Shown one piece after another: positions 1 to 9,968 of a stretch of 64,000 bases of DNA. The position numbers were made by a program, and so were the translations under genes. Position 1 is the first letter of the stretch. Each line of letters starts with the position of its first letter. The notes under the pieces are model-generated. The model made no database searches, was not told the DNA's origin, and saw only the letters and a program-made list of their open reading frames with translations. The DNA comes from a bacterium (GTDB lineage Bacteria > Zhuqueibacterota > Zhuqueibacteria > Residuimicrobiales > Krinioviventaceae): assembly GCA_963675755.2 (NCBI GenBank), contig CAXXMD010000003.1, positions 416,001 to 480,000 of the forward strand, written 5' to 3'.

Positions 1-828
1 CTCGGTAATAGCAATATCATTGGGAATATTATACCCTGCATCCAGAATAGCCTTTCCCGCACCATATGCAATCATACCACCTACGCACATGACCGCATCA
101 AACGGGATGTCTTTTTTGATAAATTCTTTGATACTGTTATAAGCATTTTTCTGGTCAATCTCACAAGGTATAACCAAATCCGGATCAAACCCTAATCCAT
201 TTTCTTCCAGACCTTTTTGATAACCGGAATAGCGATTTTTTAAAACGGATATTCCACTGGTAGGTCCCAAATACAAGATTCGTTTTTTCCCGTCAGCAAC
301 CAATTTTTCAATCACAATAACGGCTGCATGCTCATCATCAATAGTTACCGAATGAAAGCCCAATGTATCCAAAGAACGGTCATAAGAAACAAATGGAATT
401 CCCATTTTTTGGGTGTCTTTAAGAATTCTATGATTGGCATTACCTGGAACGGCATCAATCAATATGCCGTCAACCGCCAGGGATGACAAAAACTCGAGGT
501 TTTTCCGTTCATTCTCTGCATTCTCATCATTAACCATGATAATCGCTTCATACCCATATCGACGAACACGCTCATATATGCCTCGTGCACATTCTGAAAA
601 AAAAGAAATTTGCAAATTGGGCACAATAACACCCAGCATAAATGTGCGTTTGCTTACCAGACTCCTTGCCATAATATTGGGGCGGTACCCCATTTTAGCG
701 GCCAGGGCTTTAACTTTTTTTCGGGTTTCAATAGAGATATCATTGCTGTCACGGAGGGCTTTGGAAATAGTTGCAGGAGTTACATTTAATATTTGCGCAA
801 GCTGTTTTAATGTGACTTTCTGTGACAT
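1..828 (-). CDS. LacI-family transcriptional regulator (3' end runs off the window)
   Basis: Not in the ORF track; manual translation from ATG at 828 gives MSQKVTLKQLAQILNVTPATISKAL...MGYRPNIMARSL...LGVIVPNLQISFFS, a LacI HTH plus sugar-binding domain, open to base 1. Confidence 0.92.
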   Translation of the reverse strand, partial: MSQKVTLKQLAQILNVTPATISKALRDSNDISIETRKKVKALAAKMGYRPNIMARSLVSKRTFMLGVIVPNLQISFFSECARGIYERVRRYGYEAIIMVNDENAENERKNLEFLSSLAVDGILIDAVPGNANHRILKDTQKMGIPFVSYDRSLDTLGFHSVTIDDEHAAVIVIEKLVADGKKRILYLGPTSGISVLKNRYSGYQKGLEENGLGFDPDLVIPCEIDQKNAYNSIKEFIKKDIPFDAVMCVGGMIAYGAGKAILDAGYNIPNDIAITE

Positions 829-1077
829 AGAATCTCTGAATTAAAAATAAAAATTTGTGATTTGATCATATTTTTCCCCCATTGCCAATTATTTTCAAAC
901 AAACTTAAACGTTTGCGATAAAACCAACAAAAACATAAACAAATTTGAGAAATTAGTCAAGTTTTTTTTATGTAAATCATTGATTAATTTTATTTTTTCT
1001 CTTGATTTCACCTGTTCAATTCTTTATCTTTTTGTCCAGTGACTGGCCCACCAAACAATTTAATGCAAGGAGTTGAC

Positions 1078-3069
1078 ATGGAACCTACCAAAACTTCTCT
1101 TCCGGAAAACGCGTACAGAACGCTGAAAGAGGGTGAAACCTATCAGCCTGTCGTTCCCGATGATAAACCCCTTCGGGAAATATCAGCCTATTCACTTATT
1201 TCCGGATTATTTTACGCTGCCCTGTTTTCAATGGCCGCTGCTTACCTGGGACTCAAAATCGGACAGGTGTTTGAAGCCGCTATTCCCATTGCTATTTTAG
1301 CTGTGGGTGCGTCCACTTTTTTCAAACGCAAAAACTCACTTTCCGAAAATGTCATGATCCAGTCTATTGGATCCGCATCAGGTGTTATCGTTGCCGGCGC
1401 CATTTTCACATTACCCGCCATTTATATTCTGGGATTGGAAGCTTCCTTTTTTCAGATATTTTTCGCGTCACTGTTTGGCGGATTTCTGGGCATTCTTTTT
1501 CTCATTCCCTTTCGCAAGTATTTCGTGCAAGATATGCACGGACAGTTTCCTTTTCCTGAAGCAACCGCAACCACCGAAGTATTGATCGCCGGAGAAGCCG
1601 GTGGCGATCAGGCCAAAATTCTGCTTAAAGCTATGGCCATTGGTGGTATTTACGACTTTATAATCAGCAAATTCTACTGGTGGAGTGAAGTGTTTGAAAG
1701 CCGTGCGATACCATTTCTCACCGGTCTTGCCGATAACCTTAAACTTGTCTTTCGTCTCAATGTAGGCGCAGCAGTTATGGGTTTGGGATACATTATTGGC
1801 TTGAAATATTCTGCTATTATTGCGGCAGGATCTTTTCTCTCATGGTTTGTATTCATACCGGTGGTTTACTATTTTGGTCAGCATGCACCTGCAATTATTG
1901 GCAGTACCGCTTCTGACCTCATTGCAAACATGTCTGCCGAACAGATTTTTTCCGAATATGTTCGTCATATCGGTATTGGCGGCATTGCCTGTGCCGGAAT
2001 TCTGGGAATCATCAAATCTTCAAGCATCATTGGCGGCGCGCTCAAACTAGCATGGAAAGAAATGACCGGTGGCAGAAAAGGCGGAAAAGCCACTACTTCC
2101 CGAATGGGTAAAGATATCCCCATGGGGCTTGTAGGATTATTAACCGTTTTAACCGCTATTTTTATCTTTGTATTTTTTGCCGTAGGTGTTGTAAGCAACA
2201 TCTGGCATGCGGTTGTAGGTATTCTCATCGTAATGATCATTGCATTCCTGTTCACTACTGTGGCGGCACGGGCCATCGCCATTGTGGGAACCAACCCTGT
2301 TTCCGGTATGACATTGATGACCCTGATCCTTTCATCCTTTATCCTTGTCAAAGTCGGACTTACCGGAACCACCGGAATGCTCTCGGCACTGATCATAGGT
2401 GGCGTTGTTTGTACAGCATTGTCCATGTCTGGTGCCTTTGTAACAGATTTAAAGATCGGTTACTGGCTGGGAACCACTCCTATCACCCAACAGAAATATA
2501 AATTTCTGGGCACCCTGGTTGCCGCGGCATCAGTCGGATTTGTAATCATGATGCTGAACGAAACTTATGGATTCGTGGGCGAAGGCGCTCTGGTAGCTCC
2601 ACAAGCAAACGCCATGGCTGCTGTCATTAAACCGCTCATGTCTAACCAGCCCGCTCCCTGGATGCTCTATATCACTGGTGCTATTTTTGCCCTGCTGTTA
2701 GAGATGGTTGGCGTTCCCCCGCTGGCTTTTGCGCTTGGCATGTACATACCACAAGACTTTAATACTCCAATTTTGGCTGGTGGTTTAATCTCTTATTTTG
2801 TACTGAAAAGCAGCAAAGTTGAAGCGGTTATCAACAAACGTCGCGAACGCGGTACCCTCATCGCTTCCGGTTTCATTGCCGGTGGAGCTATTATGGGTGT
2901 ATTGGCCGCATTCATGAAATATGTGGGATTCGATGAAATCCCCTGGGTACAGCCCATTTTAACAGAACACTGGGCCGAAAGCCACGGTGGAGAACTGTTG
3001 GCACTGGCATTTTTCCTTTTGCTCAGTTTCTATTTGTACTGGGACGCTAAACGAGTTAAAGAAGATTAA
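1078..3069 (+). CDS. OPT-family oligopeptide transporter
   Basis: AYLGLKIG, AGAIFTLPA, FPEATAT, NPVSGM, APQANAM motifs and many TM helices; ATG 1078 follows AAGGAG. Confidence 0.92.
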   Translation: MEPTKTSLPENAYRTLKEGETYQPVVPDDKPLREISAYSLISGLFYAALFSMAAAYLGLKIGQVFEAAIPIAILAVGASTFFKRKNSLSENVMIQSIGSASGVIVAGAIFTLPAIYILGLEASFFQIFFASLFGGFLGILFLIPFRKYFVQDMHGQFPFPEATATTEVLIAGEAGGDQAKILLKAMAIGGIYDFIISKFYWWSEVFESRAIPFLTGLADNLKLVFRLNVGAAVMGLGYIIGLKYSAIIAAGSFLSWFVFIPVVYYFGQHAPAIIGSTASDLIANMSAEQIFSEYVRHIGIGGIACAGILGIIKSSSIIGGALKLAWKEMTGGRKGGKATTSRMGKDIPMGLVGLLTVLTAIFIFVFFAVGVVSNIWHAVVGILIVMIIAFLFTTVAARAIAIVGTNPVSGMTLMTLILSSFILVKVGLTGTTGMLSALIIGGVVCTALSMSGAFVTDLKIGYWLGTTPITQQKYKFLGTLVAAASVGFVIMMLNETYGFVGEGALVAPQANAMAAVIKPLMSNQPAPWMLYITGAIFALLLEMVGVPPLAFALGMYIPQDFNTPILAGGLISYFVLKSSKVEAVINKRRERGTLIASGFIAGGAIMGVLAAFMKYVGFDEIPWVQPILTEHWAESHGGELLALAFFLLLSFYLYWDAKRVKED

Positions 3070-3072
3070 TTC

Positions 3073-3097
3073 AAGCCGGGGTAACCCGGCTTTTTTT
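3073..3097 (+). terminator. Intrinsic terminator after OPT gene
   Basis: AAGCCGGG-GTAA-CCCGGCTT hairpin running into a T tract. Confidence 0.75.
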
Positions 3098-3112
3098 ATT
3101 ATCGGGACTTTA

Positions 3113-4195
3113 ATGAACTGGGTATACTATATCACCGGGCATGGGTATGGACATATAGTCCGGTCTGTGGAAATAATTAAATCTATATGTAAATTTGATC
3201 CAATGGCAACAGTACACATTCGCACAACGGCTTTCGAGTGGTTGTTCTCGGATGTTCTGGGGGAAACGGTCTTTTTACATAAAAGCAAACTGGATATTGG
3301 CGTACTACAGAAAAACAGTTTTACTGTGGACAAGCCAGCCACCTTGAAAGCAAACCAGGAACTATTACAAAACAAAAAAATCCTGATAGACATTGAATTT
3401 AATTTTTTACAGCAAAACCAAATCGATATTGCTCTGGCAGATATCCCCCCACTTGCATTCGAGATTGCCGAAAAGGCAAATATTCCATGTTATGCGGTTG
3501 GCAATTTTTCATGGGACTGGATCTATAGTGATTTTGTGGACGAACTCCCGTCGTTTCGCGAGATCATCAAAGATATTAAAAACGCTTATAGCAAGGCAAC
3601 CTGCTTGTTTCAACTCCCCTTTAGCGGGGACATGTCCGTTTTCCCCAAAAGTATTTCTACACCCCTGGTAGCCAGAAAAGCCCAAATTTCAAAACAGGAA
3701 GCGAGAAAAATACTCGGGCTGCATGACTCGGATACACTGGTTTTGATCGCCCTGCGCAGTCAGGACATTGAGCAGGTCAATTGGAACAATGTGGGTAGAT
3801 TGAAAAACTATAAATTCCTGATATCATCCAAACGGATCGACCAACCCAATTTCATACATATCCCGGAAGGTACGCTATCATTCACAGACATTTTGAATGC
3901 CTGCGATATGGTGGTATCCAAACCCGGATACAGTTTACTTTCAGAGTGTATTGCCAATCAAATCCCCATACTTTATATCCCCAGGCAGCATTTTATTGAA
4001 GATGTTCCCCTTATCCGGGCGCTCAAACAGGATTTTAAAAGCCAGGAGCTGGATTACTCATCATTCATCAAGGGTGACTGGCAGGCCGATCTTGATCAAT
4101 TACTCCATTGTGATAAAAAGTGGAAATCAATTCGGAATGATGGCGCGGATTTTATTATTAAAGAGGTTCTAAAAGGCAAAAGGCGCCCTGCCTGA
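3113..4195 (+). CDS. GT-B-fold glycosyltransferase-like protein (resembles the N-terminal domain of L-arabinokinase)
   Basis: YYITGHGYGHIVRS, ADIPPLAF, NFSWDWIY, VVSKPGY motifs; start moved to ATG 3113. Confidence 0.7.
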   Translation: MNWVYYITGHGYGHIVRSVEIIKSICKFDPMATVHIRTTAFEWLFSDVLGETVFLHKSKLDIGVLQKNSFTVDKPATLKANQELLQNKKILIDIEFNFLQQNQIDIALADIPPLAFEIAEKANIPCYAVGNFSWDWIYSDFVDELPSFREIIKDIKNAYSKATCLFQLPFSGDMSVFPKSISTPLVARKAQISKQEARKILGLHDSDTLVLIALRSQDIEQVNWNNVGRLKNYKFLISSKRIDQPNFIHIPEGTLSFTDILNACDMVVSKPGYSLLSECIANQIPILYIPRQHFIEDVPLIRALKQDFKSQELDYSSFIKGDWQADLDQLLHCDKKWKSIRNDGADFIIKEVLKGKRRPA

Positions 4196-4211
4196 TCTCA
4201 GAGCGCCTTTA
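4178..4211. terminator. Probable bidirectional terminator between convergent genes
   Basis: AAAGGCGC-C-CTG ... CAG-A-GCGCCTTT hairpin flanked by A and T runs. Confidence 0.55.
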
Positions 4212-4247
4212 TTACCGGAGTGTGTGTGGAGTTGTCTGTGTTACATT

Positions 4248-4637
4248 TTACATACTGGCAATCAATCTGTTCTCAAGCATGTTGATTGCACCATTTAAAA
4301 CTGTGCGTACTGTCTGACGGTTTTCTACATCCAGACAGTCCCGTAATGCGGATACTGTATATTCATCACCTACGCGGGTGAGTGCTACAATCGCTACAAT
4401 GCGTGCTGCGTAATTATCTTCATTCTGTGCCATATCAATCAGACGGTCCTGAACTTCCCGGCATCCATCGTCGGCCAGATGCATAACGGCATCTGCTCTT
4501 TTTTCAACCTTTGTATGATCGAGGTTCTTTAAATATTTACCTTCACAAACATGATCGCTATTGGGTAAATTTGTAAAAGAAAAAGCCATACCACTCAGGA
4601 AAAGTATTACAATAGATATACAAACCAGATTTTTCAC
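4248..4637 (-). CDS. Exported HEAT-repeat protein
   Basis: Signal peptide (KNLVCISIVILFLSGMAFS) then HEAT-like helices (RIVAIVALTRVGD, ALRDCL); GTG at 4637 follows GGAGG. Confidence 0.65.
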   Translation of the reverse strand: MKNLVCISIVILFLSGMAFSFTNLPNSDHVCEGKYLKNLDHTKVEKRADAVMHLADDGCREVQDRLIDMAQNEDNYAARIVAIVALTRVGDEYTVSALRDCLDVENRQTVRTVLNGAINMLENRLIASM

Positions 4638-4679
4638 GATGACCTCCATTTAATTGTTCTTGTTTTATGCTTCTCCTTA

Positions 4680-4696
4680 CGCAAGGTATATGCCAT
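4680..4696 (-). promoter_or_regulatory. Sigma-54 (-24/-12) promoter of the HEAT-repeat gene
   Basis: Minus strand TGGCATATACCTTGCG = GG-N10-GC, about 45 bp upstream of the start and next to a sigma-54 activator gene. Confidence 0.75.
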
Positions 4697-4861
4697 AAAA
4701 TTGTTAACAATTGTTAAAAATGAAATTGCACCACAAACCCATAATTAACAATATATTAGACAATCAAAATGAATTAGTATTCAAACACGGAAATGTAATT
4801 GGTACCTTTTAAAGCACTTTGAACTGGTACACAACCCCCACCTGGTACGTTTCGTACCAGT

Positions 4862-6400
4862 CTAGATCTCGATATTATATTTTTGGATTTTCTCACGAAG
4901 GGTTTTGCGGGCAATCCCCAATATTCTTGCAGCCGCGCTTTTGTTATTTTCTACCTGCTTTAAAACAGAAATAATGTGATCACGCTCCAGCGCATCCAGC
5001 GACAATTCAGATTTCTTTTCAACTTTGGGATGTCCGTTTTTACCGCTATTCGGCATATAATTGAGTGTCACAATATCATACTGGCCCATAATTACTGCCC
5101 GTTCAATGATGTTTCTTAATTCGCGTACATTCCCGGGGAAATGATAACCTTGCATCCAGTCAACCACTGACGGATCAAAGCCCTTGACCGACTTTTGATA
5201 TCGCTCATTAAACATGCGCAAAAAATTATTTGCGAGCAGCAGAATATCATCCCCTCTTTCCCGCAATGGCGGAATTTCAATTTGAAACACGTTGATACGG
5301 TAAAACAAGTCTTCTCTAAATTCTCCATTTTGCATTGCGGAAGACAGGTTTTTATTGGTTGCGGCAATCAACCGAACATCCGAATAGGTATTATCGTTAC
5401 TGCCAATACGTTGAAACTGACCATCCTGCAAGACCCGTAGCAGCTTGGCTTGCACATGCAGGTTCATATCTCCAATCTCATCCAGAAACAGTGTAGAATC
5501 GTTTGCAAATTCAAACTTGCCCTTTTTGGCAGCAATTGCTCCGGTAAACGCCCCTTTTTCGTGCCCGAACAATTCGCTTTCAACCAGATTGTCTGGCATG
5601 GCAGCACAATTCATGGTAACAAGAGGTTTTGTTGCACGTCTGCTCTGCATATGTATTGATCGCGCAACCAGTTCCTTACCGGTACCGCTTTCACCGGTAA
5701 TTAGCACCGGTACTTTTTCAGCGGCAATTCTACTGATCATTTCTTTGACCCGAATTATCTCCGACGAGTGCCCCAAAAGCTCATCGTAATCATCTTTGGC
5801 CTTTACCCGTATATAGGGATGAAAAACCTGAACGGTTTCATCCTGCACAGGATTTTCAGAGTTTACTACATGATCTTTAACATAAACCGTTTGACGTAAT
5901 GACAGATTATCAAATTGAACACCAATGTGACTGGTTAAAATCCGCATCAGATCAATGAGCTCAACCGTATACTCTCTTCCTGACCGTGGTTTCCCCAGTC
6001 CCAATACGCCAATAAACCGATCTTTAACAAAGAACGGAATCCGTAATTCACAATACTCAATCTGATCGGGATCATAAAGCATGATAAATGTATCGCTGTG
6101 ATTTTCTGGTGCCGCTAATACTTCACCACCTTTTGCAATAGCAGCTGCAACATCAACACAACGGTTCATTGCCGGGGGATTGCTTCTTTCAAAACAGCAT
6201 CCAAGATATTTATCCAGAACCAAATCACCTGAGCTGCTTTCAAACAGTGTTATGGAAACATAATCAGGCTGTACATGTTTTTCAATAAATTCCAGAGTAA
6301 ACTGGGCCAATCCATCAAAATCACCCAACTTGCCAACACTGTCCGCAAATTCAGCCAGCCTTGCAATCAATTCCGAGGTATTCAAATCCTGTTGGTGCAT
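4862..6400 (-). CDS. GAF-domain sigma-54-dependent transcriptional activator (bEBP)
   Basis: GESGTGKE Walker A, ESELFGHEKGAFTGA, LFLDEIG, FPGNVREL, Fis-type HTH; N-terminal GAF-like region; ATG 6400 follows TAAGGA. Confidence 0.93.
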   Translation of the reverse strand: MHQQDLNTSELIARLAEFADSVGKLGDFDGLAQFTLEFIEKHVQPDYVSITLFESSSGDLVLDKYLGCCFERSNPPAMNRCVDVAAAIAKGGEVLAAPENHSDTFIMLYDPDQIEYCELRIPFFVKDRFIGVLGLGKPRSGREYTVELIDLMRILTSHIGVQFDNLSLRQTVYVKDHVVNSENPVQDETVQVFHPYIRVKAKDDYDELLGHSSEIIRVKEMISRIAAEKVPVLITGESGTGKELVARSIHMQSRRATKPLVTMNCAAMPDNLVESELFGHEKGAFTGAIAAKKGKFEFANDSTLFLDEIGDMNLHVQAKLLRVLQDGQFQRIGSNDNTYSDVRLIAATNKNLSSAMQNGEFREDLFYRINVFQIEIPPLRERGDDILLLANNFLRMFNERYQKSVKGFDPSVVDWMQGYHFPGNVRELRNIIERAVIMGQYDIVTLNYMPNSGKNGHPKVEKKSELSLDALERDHIISVLKQVENNKSAAARILGIARKTLREKIQKYNIEI

Positions 6401-6407
6401 ATATTCC

Positions 6408-7232
6408 TTACAATTTAGATCCACAAAACTTGCAATAAACAGCATCCCATTCATGCCCTTCAGCACTACAAGACGGGCACGACTGGGTAGATACTTTGGC
6501 TCCGGCAATTTGTGTCATTTCCGCAGTAACAATACCGGTAGGCACCGCAATAATCGCATAACCTAAAATCATAATCACTGCCGCCAGTGCCTGCCCCAGA
6601 TTGGTCTGCGGAGCTATATCTCCATATCCCACAGTTGTGAGGGTAACAATAGCCCAGTAAATACTTTTGGGTATACTGGTGAACCCATTCTTTTCGCCTT
6701 CTATTATATAAATGAGCGAACCCAGAATAATTACAAGGGTCAATACGGTAAACAAAAACACAATAATTTTGCGTTTGCTTGCACGCAAAGCTTTCATTAA
6801 TTGCCTTGCCTCACGCAGATATTGAACAAATTTTAATACCCTGAAAATCCTCAAAACACGTAAAATCCGGATGACCAGAAAATACTGACTGCCGGGCAAT
6901 ATTAAACTGAGATACGTAGGCAGGATTGCCAGCAAATCAATAACGCCAAAAAAACTCTTTGCGTATGCCCAGGGTCTTTTTACACTGACAATACGCACCA
7001 GGTACTCTATGGTAAACAAAATCGTAAAAAACCATTCCAGCATAAAAAACTGTTTACCAAACATGGCCCTGAACGATGATACACTGTCCAGCATGACCAC
7101 AAGCACACTGGCAAGAATACATACAATTAACGCAATATCAAACAACTTGCCTGCGGTTGTGTCTGCCTCAAAAATAATCTCGTGCAGCCGGGACCTTGCA
7201 CGCCCTCCTTGCGCCTTTCCAAAATAATCCAC
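6408..7232 (-). CDS. Voltage-gated K+ channel-type ion transporter with C-terminal Cys4 ribbon
   Basis: TTVGYGD selectivity filter, S4-like RILRVLRIFRVLK, terminal CPSC...CKFCG. Confidence 0.92.
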   Translation of the reverse strand: MDYFGKAQGGRARSRLHEIIFEADTTAGKLFDIALIVCILASVLVVMLDSVSSFRAMFGKQFFMLEWFFTILFTIEYLVRIVSVKRPWAYAKSFFGVIDLLAILPTYLSLILPGSQYFLVIRILRVLRIFRVLKFVQYLREARQLMKALRASKRKIIVFLFTVLTLVIILGSLIYIIEGEKNGFTSIPKSIYWAIVTLTTVGYGDIAPQTNLGQALAAVIMILGYAIIAVPTGIVTAEMTQIAGAKVSTQSCPSCSAEGHEWDAVYCKFCGSKL

Positions 7233-7234
7233 AA

Positions 7235-7591
7235 TTACCTCACGTTCTCGTTAACAATGAATTCATCATTGGGATCAAAAGCTGGCTGCGCAACAATAAA
7301 TGCAGTCACTTTTCCGGTTACCTTGTGTTTTACACCTGGTGGAATTTGTATCACAACACCCGGCTCCAACGCTGCATGTTCATTATCAAGTACCATTGTC
7401 CCGCTTCCGTTCAGAATATAATAAATTTCCGTTGTTTTTTCATGATAATGTAGTTCGGCATCCTCAATCTCGGTACGATGCACACTCACATTCGGGTTCT
7501 CATCCCGATTTATAAAACGCTGACTGGTCCCGCAGGGACATGGTACCGCTGACACATCGTCTATATGCTTTACGATCAATTCCACACTCAT
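7235..7591 (-). CDS. Cupin-domain protein
   Basis: HYHEKTTEIYYILNGSG and IPPGVKH cupin motifs; N-terminal CPCG. Confidence 0.85.
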   Translation of the reverse strand: MSVELIVKHIDDVSAVPCPCGTSQRFINRDENPNVSVHRTEIEDAELHYHEKTTEIYYILNGSGTMVLDNEHAALEPGVVIQIPPGVKHKVTGKVTAFIVAQPAFDPNDEFIVNENVR

Positions 7592-7727
7592 GTTCCACTC
7601 CAAACATAATTCTTTTTATACCTTTAATATGGCAACCATATTGTAAAATTTCAACAGATTTATTCAAGAAAAAGCATTGATTGTCCGCAAATGTTTTCCT
7701 AAATTACCCACAAAAACAGATGGGCCT

Positions 7728-9029
7728 ATGAATTACACTACTATTCTTGAAAAAAAACGTGACGGTTTACGGCTGAATAGCCGTGAAATAGATTTTTGCA
7801 TAGACGAGATTGCTCGCGGACATGTTCCTGATTACCAGGTATCCGCATTACTTATGGCAATATATATTCAGGGTATGACACCTCAGGAAACGGCTCGCCT
7901 GACACGCGCAATGACCCATTCCGGAGAAATCATTGACCTTTCTGATATTCCCGGCCCCAAAATAGACAAACACAGCACTGGCGGCGTAGGCGATAAAGTC
8001 TCTATCGTCCTTGCGCCACTCGCTGCCGCTGCAGGCATCAATGTGCCCATGATCTCGGGTCGCAGTCTGGGGCATACCGGTGGTACTCTAGACAAGCTTG
8101 AATCCATTCCCGGATTCAGAACAGATCTCAGCATTGATGAATTCAAAACCAATATTAAAGATCTGGGCCTGTGCCTCATTGGCCAAACCAAAGATGTTGC
8201 ACCGGCAGACAAGATCATGTACTCACTTCGAGATGCAACCGCAACAGTCAGTTCGGTTCCGCTTATCACGTCCAGCATTATGAGTAAAAAACTGGCTGAA
8301 GGTATAAACGGACTGGTACTGGATGTAAAAATAGGCAATGGCAGCTTTTTGCCCGATATGGACAAAGCAGAACAATTGACCCAAAGCCTGATTGATACCG
8401 CAATGCTGAACGATCTCAAAGTAACAGCCATGCTCACAGACATGGACCAGCCGCTGGGCGATTGTGCAGGCAACTGGGTAGAAATTGTAGAATCTGTTAA
8501 TACCTTACAAGGCAAAGGTCCTCAAGACCTTACCGAATTAACCCTGGCCCAGGCGGCACACATGATGCTGATGGCTGAAAAAGCCGAAACATACGACCAG
8601 GCCATAGAAACATTGACCGCGCTTTTGAACAATGGCAAAGCCTATGAAAAATTTCTGCAAATTGTGGAAAGACAATACGGTGATATCTCTGTATTTGAAA
8701 ATCCTGAAGAATTGTACCAACCCGCTCAAACGATCAGCATCGTTGCGCAGGAAAGCGGAGTTATATCTTCCATGCAGACACGGGACATTGGCTATATTCT
8801 GGTAGATCTTGGCGGAGGCAGGCGCCATGTGCACGACAAAATTGATCCTGCCGCAGCAATCTGGTTCCATAGAAAAAAAGGAGAAGCTGTCATTGCAGGT
8901 GACACATTGATGACGGTTTATACCAACCGTCCGGTCAAAGACCTTGAAAAAAAATTACTGGCAACCGTTACAATTAGTGAAGAATTTAACCTGGATAACC
9001 ATCTAATTTTAAAAACCATAAAACCCTGA
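7728..9029 (+). CDS. pdp: Pyrimidine-nucleoside (thymidine) phosphorylase
   Basis: DKHSTGGVGDK, SGRSLGHTGGTLDKLESIPG, SIMSKKLAEG. Confidence 0.93.
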   Translation: MNYTTILEKKRDGLRLNSREIDFCIDEIARGHVPDYQVSALLMAIYIQGMTPQETARLTRAMTHSGEIIDLSDIPGPKIDKHSTGGVGDKVSIVLAPLAAAAGINVPMISGRSLGHTGGTLDKLESIPGFRTDLSIDEFKTNIKDLGLCLIGQTKDVAPADKIMYSLRDATATVSSVPLITSSIMSKKLAEGINGLVLDVKIGNGSFLPDMDKAEQLTQSLIDTAMLNDLKVTAMLTDMDQPLGDCAGNWVEIVESVNTLQGKGPQDLTELTLAQAAHMMLMAEKAETYDQAIETLTALLNNGKAYEKFLQIVERQYGDISVFENPEELYQPAQTISIVAQESGVISSMQTRDIGYILVDLGGGRRHVHDKIDPAAAIWFHRKKGEAVIAGDTLMTVYTNRPVKDLEKKLLATVTISEEFNLDNHLILKTIKP

Positions 9030-9038
9030 GGCACAATA

Positions 9039-9590
9039 ATGCGAATCGAAAATATGGAAATCCCTGATGTGCTGCTCATCACCCCTCAAGTCCATGGAGA
9101 CCACAGGGGATATTTCATGGAGATCTATAACCAGCAGCTCCTGAAAGAGCAGGGTTTTACAGCAAATTTTGTACAAGACAATATGAGTAGTTCGGTTAAA
9201 GGCACCCTGCGCGGATTACATTACCAGCTTGATCCACACGCACAGGGAAAACTCGTAAGGGTTATCAGAGGTTCGGTCTTTGATGTAGCTGTAGATATAC
9301 GGCAATCTTCACCCACCTATGGGAAATGGGTAGGCGCTGAACTCTCGGAAGACAATAAACAGGCATTATATGTACCCCCGGGTTTTGCGCATGGATTCTA
9401 TGTATTGTCTAATATAGCCGAATTTATGTACAAATGTACCGATTTGTACGCACCACAAGCCGAACGCGGAATTATCTGGAACGATCCGGAAATAAATATA
9501 CATTGGCCGCTGTTGGATGAAAATGTGATAATATCTGATAAAGATAAAAATTTGCCGTTGCTTAAAAATACGGAAAATAATTTTAAATAA
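9039..9590 (+). CDS. rfbC: dTDP-4-dehydrorhamnose 3,5-epimerase
   Basis: DHRGYF, FVQDNMS, LRGLHYQ, PPGFAHGF, YKCT, IIWNDP. Confidence 0.95.
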   Translation: MRIENMEIPDVLLITPQVHGDHRGYFMEIYNQQLLKEQGFTANFVQDNMSSSVKGTLRGLHYQLDPHAQGKLVRVIRGSVFDVAVDIRQSSPTYGKWVGAELSEDNKQALYVPPGFAHGFYVLSNIAEFMYKCTDLYAPQAERGIIWNDPEINIHWPLLDENVIISDKDKNLPLLKNTENNFK

Positions 9591-9883
9591 TGAACCCCAA
9601 TACAAAAAAAGCGCTTTCATGGATACTCATTCTCACCGGAATGATTTTCCTTTTTCTCACAACCGCGTCCCCGTTTCTGCATAATCACAACGCGGATTTT
9701 GAGCACCATGAAGACTGTCCGGTTTCCCGCATGGAAGCCACGCTTTTTATTATCATCCTTACAATTATTCTGGCTTTTGTACAAACCCTGCAGCAAAGGG
9801 GCTCTGTTCTTTGCCACAGGGACCTTGTCATTATCAGCCAGGTTGCATCCTCTCCGCTCAAATTACGAGCTCCTCCTGCTTAA
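9590..9883 (+). CDS. DUF2946/CruR/CutF-like leader peptide with C-terminal RAPP motif
   Basis: TM helix, HNHNADFEHHEDCPVS, second hydrophobic stretch, terminal LRAPPA; directly upstream of a lipoprotein and TonB receptor; TAATG overlap with rfbC. Confidence 0.72.
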   Translation: MNPNTKKALSWILILTGMIFLFLTTASPFLHNHNADFEHHEDCPVSRMEATLFIIILTIILAFVQTLQQRGSVLCHRDLVIISQVASSPLKLRAPPA

Positions 9884-9968
9884 TCCGGTTACCTAACAAA
9901 ATACAACTCTTTTTTATACCATTTTATCAGGTACTTGGAAACGTATATCTATAAACAGGAGAAATCCC

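Noticed and set aside
434-844. 136-aa plus-strand ORF
   Set aside because: Antisense shadow of the LacI gene.
853-874. CRP/FNR site TGTGA-TTTGA-TCATA
   Set aside because: Spacer is 5 rather than 6 bp in an AT-rich context.
9519-9541. Zur/Fur-like box inside rfbC (AAAATGTGATAATATCTGATA)
   Set aside because: Only one half resembles the consensus and it lies in coding sequence.
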